From: an uncultured Clostridia bacterium
Lineage (GTDB): Bacteria > Bacillota > Clostridia > TANB77 > CAG-508
Direction: 5' to 3'
NCBI GenBank assembly: GCA_944388655.1
Contig: CALXJP010000028.1
Span: forward strand, 1 to 48,364
Length of the DNA stretch: 48,364 nucleotides
A program made the translations under genes and the position numbers. Shown one piece after another: positions 20,101-28,794 of this stretch. How positions within the stretch are numbered: the stretch's first letter is position 1; each line of letters opens with the position of its first letter. The notes beneath the pieces were generated by a model, which did not search any database, had not been told where the DNA came from, and worked only from the letters and a program-made list of their open reading frames with translations.

Positions 20101-22164
20101 ACATATGAATTTGATGTAAGGGTTAATACCATAGAATTAACAGAAGAAGAGGAAGAAAGACTAGATGAAGGAGAAGAAATTGTTCCTGAAAGAACAATTA
20201 CTGCTAAAGCATATGCGGTATCAGATGGAATTACTACACAAGTATTTTCTAATGAATTAACCAACAAGGCATTAAGTGGATATGTATCTACAGCAATGGT
20301 AACAAGCCCAGGTATTAATACAGAATTAACAGCTGGAGAAACCTTAACCTATATATTAGAAGTAGCTAATATGAACGAGGAAATGAAAGAAGATGTTGTG
20401 GTAAAAGATATTATTCCTGATGGTTTAATTTATCAAGATGCCTATGTAGAAAAACACGGAGAAATGTTTTATGAAAAAGATACCTATAATGACCAAACCA
20501 AGGAAATTACTTTTAACATAGGAAAATTAAGTGGCTTTGAAGTAGCAACCATTTACTTAGAAGTAACAGTAGATGGAACAAAATATGGAATGACTTCTGT
20601 AAGTAATACGATGTCATTATCAGGAAGAACACAAAATAATGAAACATTTGCAATGCAAACTAATATAATTGAAACAAAAACACAAATAACACAGCCAAGT
20701 TTATCCGGATACTTAACAAGTAACATACCAAATAACTGGGATGTGGAAGAAGGAACTGTTATTGAATATACGCTTCAATTAGAAAATACAGGAGAACAAT
20801 TAATACAAGGAATTAATATTGAAGGGGTATTACCAGAAGGGGTAAAATATTTATCTTCAAAATACCAAATAGACTCTGTACAAGGAGAAGTTGGTGGTGG
20901 AACTGAAGGAGAAAATGGAGAACCTATCAAGTTATCTATAAGCTTGCTTCCAGGACAAGTATTACAATATACCATTTCAGCAGAGGCTTTAGAATTAGAA
21001 GATGGTGTAAATGAAAAAGAAATTAAATACTCTTTTAAAATTACACATGATGAAGTGCCAGAAATTATTACCAATGAAATTGTACATAAAATTGTACCTG
21101 CAGGAACTACAGACGAAGGGCAAGAAGGTGGAGACTTAACAGGTAACAGAAGAATACAAGGTGTTGTTTGGTATGATGAAAATGCAAACGGAAAAAATGA
21201 CACAGAAGAAGAAAAATTATCAGGAATTCAAGTATTATTATTTAATAATGATACAGGAGATTTTGTAAGAGACGGAAATGGAGATAAAGTAGTAGCAACA
21301 ACAGATGAAAATGGACAATATACATTTAAAGCATTAAATGCAGGAACATATACGGTAGTATTTCAATATGACACATCCAAATATTCAGCAACAGAATATA
21401 AACAAGCAGAAGTTTCAGAAATAGAAAACTCAGATGCTATGGATGCGGAAGTAACAGTAGATGGCGTAACTTTTGTAGCAGGTGTTACAGAAAAAATTAC
21501 AGTAGCAGATGAAAATGTATATAACATTAATTTAGGATTAGTAGAACATAAAAACTTTGATTTAAGCTTAACGCAAAAAGTTTCTAATATTACGGTACAA
21601 AATCCAACAGGAACAGCTACTTATCCATATGATACCAACTTTGCTAAAAGAGATTTAATAGGAAGATATGTACAACAAACTACAATTGTTGTAGAATATA
21701 CCATTACGATTAAAAATGAAGGTGAAGTAGATGGTTATGCAAAAAGAATAGTTGACTATTTACCAAGTAACTTAAAATTTAATGCAGAATTAAATAAAGA
21801 TTGGTACACTTCAGAAGATGGTGCAATTTATAATTCTAGCTTATCGAATATTAAAATAGCACCAGGAGAAACAAAAGAAGTTAAATTGTATTTAACGAAA
21901 AATCTATTAGAAAGTGATTTAGGAACACCAATTACGAATACAGCAGAAATTTATGAAGACTATAACGAACTAGGATTAAAAGATATAGACTCAACTCCAG
22001 CAAACAAAGTAACAGGAGAAGACGATATGGCATCGGCAGACGTAATACTATCTGTAAGAACTGGTTCAGAAACAGTACTATTTATAGGACTTACTATAGC
22101 AATACTTGCTATTATAGGAACAGGAGCATACTTTATATATAAAAAAGTATTAAGAAAAATATAG
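17113..22164 (+). CDS. 1683-aa surface protein with DUF11-like repeats and an SdrD-B-like domain, plus a C-terminal membrane anchor
   Basis: Signal peptide MKRILTKLVATITVMTIVLSNLSIVGIYGSQVLA. DUF11-type units: IHYKATVTNIGKVEVKGIVLAMDIP, LTYILEVANMNEEMKEDVVVKDIIPDGL and IEYTLQLENTGEQLIQGINIEGVLPEGV. An SdrD-B-like module starts near 21151 (RIQGVVWYDENANGKNDTEEE...TDENGQYTFKALNAGTYTVVF). It also has DIDSTPANKVTGEDD, and it ends with SVRTG, a TM helix and KKVLRKI. Confidence 0.8.
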   Translation: MKRILTKLVATITVMTIVLSNLSIVGIYGSQVLATELNSQNTATNIDDIHFDAYFKQEENNTRSARLEIGADNRLYAKISVGSSGYLKNAKITLKAENEGEDVNFALGEVTSNSIIQTINQQTKEIVLNQMNANTEQEIELPILFTNKEIIPENEFAKQTIAQIEGTYIDINGREHEVKKEITIQASWYANSVEATLEQNVSKYIPFNINEKKGIIIQTVVKSGIKDNKLPIQQSNITVDVPSINQIKPTEVRVEALSTAATNGDTTGSSFKQENYQYDAENAKIQIQVNNIQTEENKQISWKKQVQDEYIITYIYPEETLNSITEEGIVIPLNAKSELQVYTSNVVTAEVKNEQTLKEKLNDVITLQNGMTEHISKAYLYANQKQSIAEENKQETIYDEKYVLDVSYSDLVDVIQLKLMKGNFIAAEDVRMAMANNVYIKNITVNKKQAMDILGEEGKVTIKTPEGTVIAEITKDSTEISYGMSQVDLTQYNINELIIETTKPQKEGKIEIQAQRAIHTNVDYTLEQITNMAGIETKAQIVATLGETTIVEATATMTALLDELQMGANLTIDRDTLSTVTENQNVILTAVLNTNTIQSKLFTNPRIEVILPEYVENITLNKAPEVAFNTELSVGNYQVITREDGRKAIIIDMVGEQTVYDLGLIYGGANIIIDANMTLRRLTPTTQTEMIMQVTNQGETIEVRTPITTQSPTGTVTINKVSNFNTAKDVIETLDGENNEGKLDVLSQTKKQAILEMTVMNNNGKALKNVSILGRTIAKDNTDAASGESLGSTFDAIMQTPLSVSGLTNYQVYYSENPEATKDLENAENGWTQTPADLSKVRSFLIVPESSYVMQVGDIITASYTAEIPENLGRNNDGYTNYAIYSILDGATSEDKTVAPTVKLTTGEGPEISVKLESNVENEDVREGQNIHYKATVTNIGKVEVKGIVLAMDIPQYTSFIEYVPGDYGEIDTYVPNEEKKVTTKGFSNLQPGESATYEFDVRVNTIELTEEEEERLDEGEEIVPERTITAKAYAVSDGITTQVFSNELTNKALSGYVSTAMVTSPGINTELTAGETLTYILEVANMNEEMKEDVVVKDIIPDGLIYQDAYVEKHGEMFYEKDTYNDQTKEITFNIGKLSGFEVATIYLEVTVDGTKYGMTSVSNTMSLSGRTQNNETFAMQTNIIETKTQITQPSLSGYLTSNIPNNWDVEEGTVIEYTLQLENTGEQLIQGINIEGVLPEGVKYLSSKYQIDSVQGEVGGGTEGENGEPIKLSISLLPGQVLQYTISAEALELEDGVNEKEIKYSFKITHDEVPEIITNEIVHKIVPAGTTDEGQEGGDLTGNRRIQGVVWYDENANGKNDTEEEKLSGIQVLLFNNDTGDFVRDGNGDKVVATTDENGQYTFKALNAGTYTVVFQYDTSKYSATEYKQAEVSEIENSDAMDAEVTVDGVTFVAGVTEKITVADENVYNINLGLVEHKNFDLSLTQKVSNITVQNPTGTATYPYDTNFAKRDLIGRYVQQTTIVVEYTITIKNEGEVDGYAKRIVDYLPSNLKFNAELNKDWYTSEDGAIYNSSLSNIKIAPGETKEVKLYLTKNLLESDLGTPITNTAEIYEDYNELGLKDIDSTPANKVTGEDDMASADVILSVRTGSETVLFIGLTIAILAIIGTGAYFIYKKVLRKI

Positions 22165-22183
22165 AAAGAAAGGAGGGAGAGAA

Positions 22184-25100
22184 ATGCAACAAAAAATAAA
22201 ATGGATAACAAGACTGATACTGATATTCCTTACCATAATACTTGTATTATTAGGAAATATAAAAATTACTTTAGCATATGATAGCTGGGAAGATATACCA
22301 GATAATGAGATGTCTGATATTACTAACCCTAATGCAGTAGATGCAGCAGATGCACTGAATATGGCAGATGTTTGGGGAATGGATAGAGCAACATTAGAAA
22401 AGTTTGTAGATAAATATTATTTATTTGCCTCAGGTGCTTATTGGGCATTGTCAGAAGAAGATAGAGAAGAGTATTACTATGACTTATTTGAAAATGTCAT
22501 CAATGACATGCTAGAAAGAGTAGAAGAACTAAAAGATGAAACAGAAGATGAGTCAGAAAAAGCAGCATTAGATTCTCTTTTAGGAAGAATCGAAAATATT
22601 AGACCAACTAATCAACCAGTAAATCCAGACCAAGGAGAAGATGGTGACGGAGAAGAAGGCGAAGGTGATGGTGAAGATGGTGATGGCGATGGTGATGGTA
22701 CTCAAGAACCAGATACAGGAGGAAGTTCTTCAGGTGGGCTTGTAGGAACAACATTTTACTTTAACGGTTTTGTCAATGATAGACCAAATAAAGATGGAAA
22801 TTCTAATGTTGTGCCAACATCGATTACCATTGGAGGAAAAACCTTTGGAGCTTATTGTAAAGAAAAAGGACATAGATTAAGAACTTCAGGATTATTATCA
22901 GACTACGGATATACAGTAGATAGTACGAGTATTTATCATAAGAAAACAGCTTGTAGTTCTCATAATCCAGATGATAAGAAAAGTTCTACGGAGAGATATT
23001 ATGGAGAGCCTGTATATACGATTGAAACACAATATATTCTAACAGGAGCAGATGATGACTATCAATACTTAGGATATATATTTGCTAACCTTGGTAAAAA
23101 TGCAGAACAAGTTGCTTCTTGGACGGCACAACGTGCTATGTGGATGACAAAAGGAGATAAATCAGGAAAAAGCCCAATCAATGATGGTAAAGATATATTA
23201 GCTATTGATACAGAAACAGAGTATAATTCTGATATTAAAAAAGAGGAAGAAATCAGAATTTTAGCACAAGAAATACAAAAAGTAGAAGAATACTCATTAG
23301 AAATACAATTAGCATCTACAATAGATGAAGTAGTGGCAAGTATGCAAGATTTGCAACAATACTACCTAAAACAAGCAAATAACTACAGTCATAACTCGGC
23401 ATTACGTAATACCTTTTTACAACTAGCTAATGCAGATGACGGTGTAGGAGGAGTATTAAACTGGGTATATTCACAATTAGCGTTAGGAATAGGACCAGGA
23501 GGAACTTCTTTATCAGACATTAAAGCAAATGTGTATCAATACGCTATGACAATAAATAATCCAGAAAATGGACATCAAAACATGTATCAGCGTATTCAAA
23601 CGCAAATGGATGCAATTGCAGGAAGAGAAGGAATTGATGAAGATACTGTTATTTCTATTGCTGGAGCAGGTATGTTAAAAGGTGAAGCATACAAATACCA
23701 AGATTTCTATGATGAATTGCAAAAAAATAACGGAGAATTATTAGTAGAAGATAAAACAACTGGTACCTATACAATGGTAGATAGAGTTACGAATACATAT
23801 ACAATAGGACCATTTAAAATTAAATATAATGATGCTTATGTAAGAAGATCTGTAGAAAATAACGCAAGAATCAATTTCTCAGAAATTACAGAAATTCGTA
23901 TATATGACCAAAACAATCAACTATATAAAACATTAAGTGCGGAATTAAAAGATGAAAATGGAAATGTTATTCAACAAGCTAAAAGTGAATTTAAAATTAC
24001 AAAATCCAAAATGCTTGATGAAGTAGATCCTGAATATATATTCCCAAAAACAGAAGAAGAGTTTTATGTACAATTCCAGGGAGATGGAGGGGATAGTGCA
24101 ACAACTTTAGACCCTTCAAGAATTCGCCTAGAGGTAGACTTTAGATATATTAAATATTTTGATGCAGAAATGTACGCAACATCCAAAAGTGATACACAAC
24201 CTTTATATAAATGGTCATCAAAATCTGATGGACGACATGTTTATGACTATAGAAGTTGCCAAAATCATGGTTCACATCCAAAATATTGTTCTAAAACAAA
24301 ATACTATATTACAGCAATAGACCATGCAGACATCCAAGATTTACTTTTAGTTACAGGTGCAGAACCTTACTTAGGATATAAAACATTAAGAATCGAACCA
24401 AAAAATAATCCTGGTGACGATGATGATGACGATGATGATGACGATAGAGAAATTAATGAAATTACCATGAACATTAGTGGTAGAGTATGGGAAGATGAAA
24501 ATGGAGGAAAAGAATCTCTTCCAGATGGTATAAAGGAAAATGGAGAAAAATATTTAAAAAATATTGAAGTATCTCTATATGAATATATAGATGGAGGAGA
24601 ACCAGTGCTTGCAACATTAGCACAAGATCCAAATGGAAAAGAAATTAGAACAAACCCAACATTAACAGATGAAAATGGTAAATATATCTTTAAAGGGGTA
24701 AGACCTACAAGAAAATACTTTGTACAATTTACCTATAATGGTCAAACATATCAAGCAACTTACTATACGGGACAAGAAGAAGTAAAACGTCAAGATTGGC
24801 CAAATATTTCAGTCGCTAGTGAAATTGATGATGAAAGGTTAGAATATAATGAATTATTTGCAACTATAGAATCATCTCCAAAAAACTATGATTCTAGTGA
24901 TTCATTAGGATATGGAACATCAGGAAAAACCTTTACAGACCAAGAATTAAAAGGCTATGCTTTAGTTAACAATGGAAATGGTGCATATAGTTATACAAAG
25001 GAAAATAGTGATAAACTTCAATTATTAGAAGATTATTCAGATAATACAGAAGGTATTATTAGTAAAAAAATACGAGAATACATTCAAGCCAATAGAACGT

Positions 25101-28100
25101 ATCCTGATTTACAAACTATTTATGATCAAATTGTTAACGAATATGGCGGACAAGACCCAGAAATTGAAGATAAATTACAATATATTGAAGATACAAAAAT
25201 ACATTCACAAACTGGTCATATGGTAGAAGGAGAATTCAAATATGACTTATATGCAACACATGATTTACTCGTTATTTATGATAGAGATAAATTAATGTAT
25301 GTTATTGAAGATACAGATATGGCAAAACAAAAATATTACTTAGTAGATACTATGGGATATAAAGTAGCCTTTACAGCAGCAGTAACACATACAACAACAA
25401 CAGAAGGAAGATTAACATATCATAAAACACATGAAGAACAAAGTAATGTAAACCTAGGATTAAATGCAAGAACAACAACAGATATTGCTATTAAGAAAGA
25501 CGTACAAAAAGCTACAATAGAAATTAATGGAAAACAACAAACTTATGAATATGATCATAGAAATAATGATGGAAACAAAGACTCTACATGGGATATAGAA
25601 GTAAGGCTTTCAGATGCCTACTATGCATCCAATGGAGGACATACAACTTACACAAGAGAAATTTATCCATCAGACTATGACTACAAAGTAAGTAACTATG
25701 GAGATCCAGCAAAATACGGAAAAGACAAGAGTGATGAATTAGAAATATATGTAACTTATAGAATTTCTGTATACAATCAATCACCATCTATTCACACAAA
25801 AATAGATGAAATTGTAGAATACTACGATAATGACTATACATATATTCCAGAACGTTCTTATATAGAAATACCATTTGGAAATAATAGTGGTCAAAAAGAT
25901 ATTCGTGCAGTAGATGCAAGTAGATATACATCTGGTTCACAAACAACAACAATCAATGGATACAAAAACTTATATATTCAAGGCTTAGATGACGTATACC
26001 TAACACCAGGACAATTAGCTTATGTATATGTAACGTTTAGAGTAAATAAAACAACATTAAATAACGAAGATTGGGTAATTCTAGATGAAGAAATAACAAC
26101 AGGAAATTTAATAGGTGTAGGTAAAGAAAATATTGTTGAAATTAATGGATATACAACCAAATATGATGAGGGAACACAAGTACCAAACGTAGGAAATGTA
26201 GGAGGAACACCAGCTGGTATTGTAGATATGGACTCAACACCTGGTAACCTAGAGCCAAGCGATGTACCAAAAGATGGAACGATTAATTATGAGGCATTTG
26301 AAGATGATACAGATAAAGCACCAAACTTACAATTACGCTTATACAGAAATGATAATGAACAAAGATCTATTTCAGGTACTGTATGGGAAGACGAAAGAAA
26401 TCAAACAATAGAAGCTACAACTACAGGAAATGGTATTCGTGAAGAAAACGAAACACTAATTGATGGTGTAACTGTACAATTAGTAGAAGTTATGGAAAAT
26501 GGAACAGAATATGTATGGAGAGAATTTGGTGATAATAGAGCAAAAGTAATAGGACAAGGAGAGTTTGGAGGAACCAACACCATTGGATATGGTACAGGTT
26601 CTGGAACACAATCTTCAGAAACACCAATTATCAATAATAGTGGAATTGTACAAAACTACAACTTTGGAGACCAACAAAAAGGTAGATATGCATTCAAATC
26701 TTTTGTACCAGGAAACTATGTAGTAAGATTTATATACGGAGATACCGTAAGAACAGCATTAGTAAATCCAAATTCTGGAGTAAATGATGACAATACCAAT
26801 AACGCAAAAGAAATTTCTCAGTTATTACAAGGATTATATGCAAATAAAGCAGGACAAGTACAACAAGGCTTAAATGATACATCTTATAATGGTCAAGACT
26901 ATAAATCTACTACTTATCAAAAAGGAGTAGAACAAACAAGACAATATATTTGGAAGAGAGATTTTAGCTACTCTGGAGGAAATAAACAAGAAGGCGAAAC
27001 TTTATGGACAATTAATGCATATGATATGAATAATTGTACACAAAATGAATCAGCTACATCAGCAGCTTCAAGAGCAGCAGGAACAACCTATTACTATGAT
27101 ATAGCAGCTTCAGACCCATATAACACAACAATCAATAGCAATGTTCCCGTAAATCAAGCAAATCAAAGTATATATGTATCAGATGCAAAAGATATTATGT
27201 CAGAAAATCCAAGTACACCAAGAGATCCAGATAACGATAGCCAAGAAGATGGAGAATTCTACTTAAATAGTAGAGAAGAAGTAATGGATTATTCAGATAA
27301 TAACTTAATGAACCATGTAGCAGAAGTATTAGCAAGCTTTAGAAATAGACAGGGATATCCAGATGGAACAACTTCTAACGAAGAAATTCCATATACACAA
27401 GAAGAAGTAAAAGCTTTAGTAGACGAATTATTAGCAAAAACACAAATGACTGCAGAAACAGGATTAATCAACCTAGAAATCGAAAACAATACACAAACAA
27501 CAGGAAATCAAAGTGGAAATAATAATGCAAATACCAATAATGGAGCATATATTATAAGAGATGTAGACTTAGGACTAGAAGAAAGACCAAAAGCACAATT
27601 AGCAATCGAAAAAGAAGTAACTAATGTAAAAATTACTTTAGCAGATAAATCCGTATTATTTGATGCAAGTGGAGCAATGAACAATGTTTTATGGCAAGAA
27701 CATCAAAGATATGAAGCAGGATATGCAAATGGAGCTTTACTAGACCCTAACAAATTTACAAGCATTGAACATATTAGAGACTTAAATAGTGATAAATTTG
27801 GAGTTATCCAAATTAGTATGGACGAGGAATTAATGCATGGTGCAACAATTCAAATTACATACCAAATTACAGTAAGAAATGTTGGTGAAGCAGACTATAA
27901 AGATAATAAATTCTATTATACAGGAGAAGTAGCCGATAAGAGTACAATTGTAACAACAACTCCAGATGAAATTATAGATTATATTCCAAATAATATGCAA
28001 TTCTATGCACAAGATAATACACAATGGAAACTAGTAGCACAAAAAGATAGAGATAGTTATCTATTTACAGAATACAACTTAGATAATACAATAGCAGCAA

Positions 28101-28555
28101 AAAGTAGTAGATTAAATATCAAATTGAAAAACAAAGTAAATCAATATACATCTGTTATAACAACTGAAAGTTTAGCAACACCATTAGTACCACAAATCTA
28201 TCAAGATAAGGTAAATGGAGATGCACAAACAGAAGTTAGTACTTCATTAGTATTAACACAACTAATTTCACCAGAAAATGAGGCAGATGACTTAAGTTAC
28301 AGAAATATTGTAGAAATTATTAGAACAGACAACTTAGTAGGTAGAAGAAATGAATACTCTGTAGCAGGTAACCAAAACCCAGATGTAGATCCACAAGAAA
28401 TGGATACCGATATAGCAGAAGAAGTAAAAATACTACCACCATTTGGTGCAAGCAATATAGCAATTATAATAGCTTCTGTAACACTTGTAGCTGCAGGAAT
28501 TATAGCAGTAAGCATTATCTTTATCAAAAGAAAAGTACTAAAGAAAAATAAATAA
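22184..28555 (+). CDS. 2123-aa surface protein with two SdrD-B-like domains, DUF11-like modules, acidic tracts, a possible N-terminal thioester domain and a C-terminal membrane anchor
   Basis: RBS AAGGAGGG lies 20 nt after the upstream stop. N-terminal signal/anchor ITRLILIFLTIILVLLGNIKITLA. SdrD-B-like units: ISGRVWEDENGGKE...TDENGKYIFKGVRPTRKYFVQF and ISGTVWEDERNQ...GRYAFKSFVPGNYVVRFIYG. It contains DMDSTPGNLEP...EDDTD and ends with ILPPFGAS, a TM helix and KRKVLKKNK. Confidence 0.8.
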   Translation: MQQKIKWITRLILIFLTIILVLLGNIKITLAYDSWEDIPDNEMSDITNPNAVDAADALNMADVWGMDRATLEKFVDKYYLFASGAYWALSEEDREEYYYDLFENVINDMLERVEELKDETEDESEKAALDSLLGRIENIRPTNQPVNPDQGEDGDGEEGEGDGEDGDGDGDGTQEPDTGGSSSGGLVGTTFYFNGFVNDRPNKDGNSNVVPTSITIGGKTFGAYCKEKGHRLRTSGLLSDYGYTVDSTSIYHKKTACSSHNPDDKKSSTERYYGEPVYTIETQYILTGADDDYQYLGYIFANLGKNAEQVASWTAQRAMWMTKGDKSGKSPINDGKDILAIDTETEYNSDIKKEEEIRILAQEIQKVEEYSLEIQLASTIDEVVASMQDLQQYYLKQANNYSHNSALRNTFLQLANADDGVGGVLNWVYSQLALGIGPGGTSLSDIKANVYQYAMTINNPENGHQNMYQRIQTQMDAIAGREGIDEDTVISIAGAGMLKGEAYKYQDFYDELQKNNGELLVEDKTTGTYTMVDRVTNTYTIGPFKIKYNDAYVRRSVENNARINFSEITEIRIYDQNNQLYKTLSAELKDENGNVIQQAKSEFKITKSKMLDEVDPEYIFPKTEEEFYVQFQGDGGDSATTLDPSRIRLEVDFRYIKYFDAEMYATSKSDTQPLYKWSSKSDGRHVYDYRSCQNHGSHPKYCSKTKYYITAIDHADIQDLLLVTGAEPYLGYKTLRIEPKNNPGDDDDDDDDDDREINEITMNISGRVWEDENGGKESLPDGIKENGEKYLKNIEVSLYEYIDGGEPVLATLAQDPNGKEIRTNPTLTDENGKYIFKGVRPTRKYFVQFTYNGQTYQATYYTGQEEVKRQDWPNISVASEIDDERLEYNELFATIESSPKNYDSSDSLGYGTSGKTFTDQELKGYALVNNGNGAYSYTKENSDKLQLLEDYSDNTEGIISKKIREYIQANRTYPDLQTIYDQIVNEYGGQDPEIEDKLQYIEDTKIHSQTGHMVEGEFKYDLYATHDLLVIYDRDKLMYVIEDTDMAKQKYYLVDTMGYKVAFTAAVTHTTTTEGRLTYHKTHEEQSNVNLGLNARTTTDIAIKKDVQKATIEINGKQQTYEYDHRNNDGNKDSTWDIEVRLSDAYYASNGGHTTYTREIYPSDYDYKVSNYGDPAKYGKDKSDELEIYVTYRISVYNQSPSIHTKIDEIVEYYDNDYTYIPERSYIEIPFGNNSGQKDIRAVDASRYTSGSQTTTINGYKNLYIQGLDDVYLTPGQLAYVYVTFRVNKTTLNNEDWVILDEEITTGNLIGVGKENIVEINGYTTKYDEGTQVPNVGNVGGTPAGIVDMDSTPGNLEPSDVPKDGTINYEAFEDDTDKAPNLQLRLYRNDNEQRSISGTVWEDERNQTIEATTTGNGIREENETLIDGVTVQLVEVMENGTEYVWREFGDNRAKVIGQGEFGGTNTIGYGTGSGTQSSETPIINNSGIVQNYNFGDQQKGRYAFKSFVPGNYVVRFIYGDTVRTALVNPNSGVNDDNTNNAKEISQLLQGLYANKAGQVQQGLNDTSYNGQDYKSTTYQKGVEQTRQYIWKRDFSYSGGNKQEGETLWTINAYDMNNCTQNESATSAASRAAGTTYYYDIAASDPYNTTINSNVPVNQANQSIYVSDAKDIMSENPSTPRDPDNDSQEDGEFYLNSREEVMDYSDNNLMNHVAEVLASFRNRQGYPDGTTSNEEIPYTQEEVKALVDELLAKTQMTAETGLINLEIENNTQTTGNQSGNNNANTNNGAYIIRDVDLGLEERPKAQLAIEKEVTNVKITLADKSVLFDASGAMNNVLWQEHQRYEAGYANGALLDPNKFTSIEHIRDLNSDKFGVIQISMDEELMHGATIQITYQITVRNVGEADYKDNKFYYTGEVADKSTIVTTTPDEIIDYIPNNMQFYAQDNTQWKLVAQKDRDSYLFTEYNLDNTIAAKSSRLNIKLKNKVNQYTSVITTESLATPLVPQIYQDKVNGDAQTEVSTSLVLTQLISPENEADDLSYRNIVEIIRTDNLVGRRNEYSVAGNQNPDVDPQEMDTDIAEEVKILPPFGASNIAIIIASVTLVAAGIIAVSIIFIKRKVLKKNK
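22625..22711 (+). repeat. acidic Gly/Asp/Glu low-complexity tract (GGT-GAN codon repeats)
   Basis: Encodes PDQGEDGDGEEGEGDGEDGDGDGDGTQEPD. The DNA is iterated GGTGAT/GGTGAA/GGCGAA units. Confidence 0.85.
24416..24445 (+). repeat. poly-Asp (D10) tract, 12-nt unit GACGATGATGAT repeated 2.5 times
   Basis: gac gat gat gat gac gat gat gat gac gat, immediately upstream of the first SdrD-B-like domain. Confidence 0.9.
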
Positions 28556-28562
28556 AATCCAA

Positions 28563-28597
28563 AAATTCTAGCTCTGAAAAAGAGTTAGAATTTTTTT
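28563..28597 (+). terminator. intrinsic terminator after the giant operon
   Basis: AAATTCTAGCTCT (28563-28575), GAAAA loop, AGAGTTAGAATTT (28581-28593, one G:U), then TTTT. Confidence 0.85.
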
Positions 28598-28729
28598 ATG
28601 CTAGACTTGTATTTTTTCCTATTTTACGATAAAATAAGTAAAGTTATTTACCAAAAGAGAAGAAAAAACAATAATAAAAATAAAATGTATCACAAATTGT
28701 AAAAAACTTTTTTAATAGAGCGTGCAAAA

Positions 28730-28762
28730 ACGACAAATAATACATCATTTTTGTATTACAAT
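28730..28762 (+). promoter_or_regulatory. candidate Spo0A-dependent sigma-A promoter of spoIIE with an over-long 21-nt spacer
   Basis: ACGACA (28730-28735), 21 nt, TACAAT (28757-28762). The -35-like hexamer sits in AACGACA, a 5/7 match to the reverse 0A box TTCGACA. Confidence 0.3.
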
Positions 28763-28794
28763 AAGGACGAATTAAAAAAGTAGAGGTGGTAAGG

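Noticed and set aside
17113-28555. Calling the giant proteins sortase-assembled pilins or LPXTG-anchored proteins.
   Set aside because: Neither protein has an LPXTG motif, and the window contains no sortase or pilin-motif evidence. Only a sorting-signal-like layout is present, and I report that as a question rather than a call.
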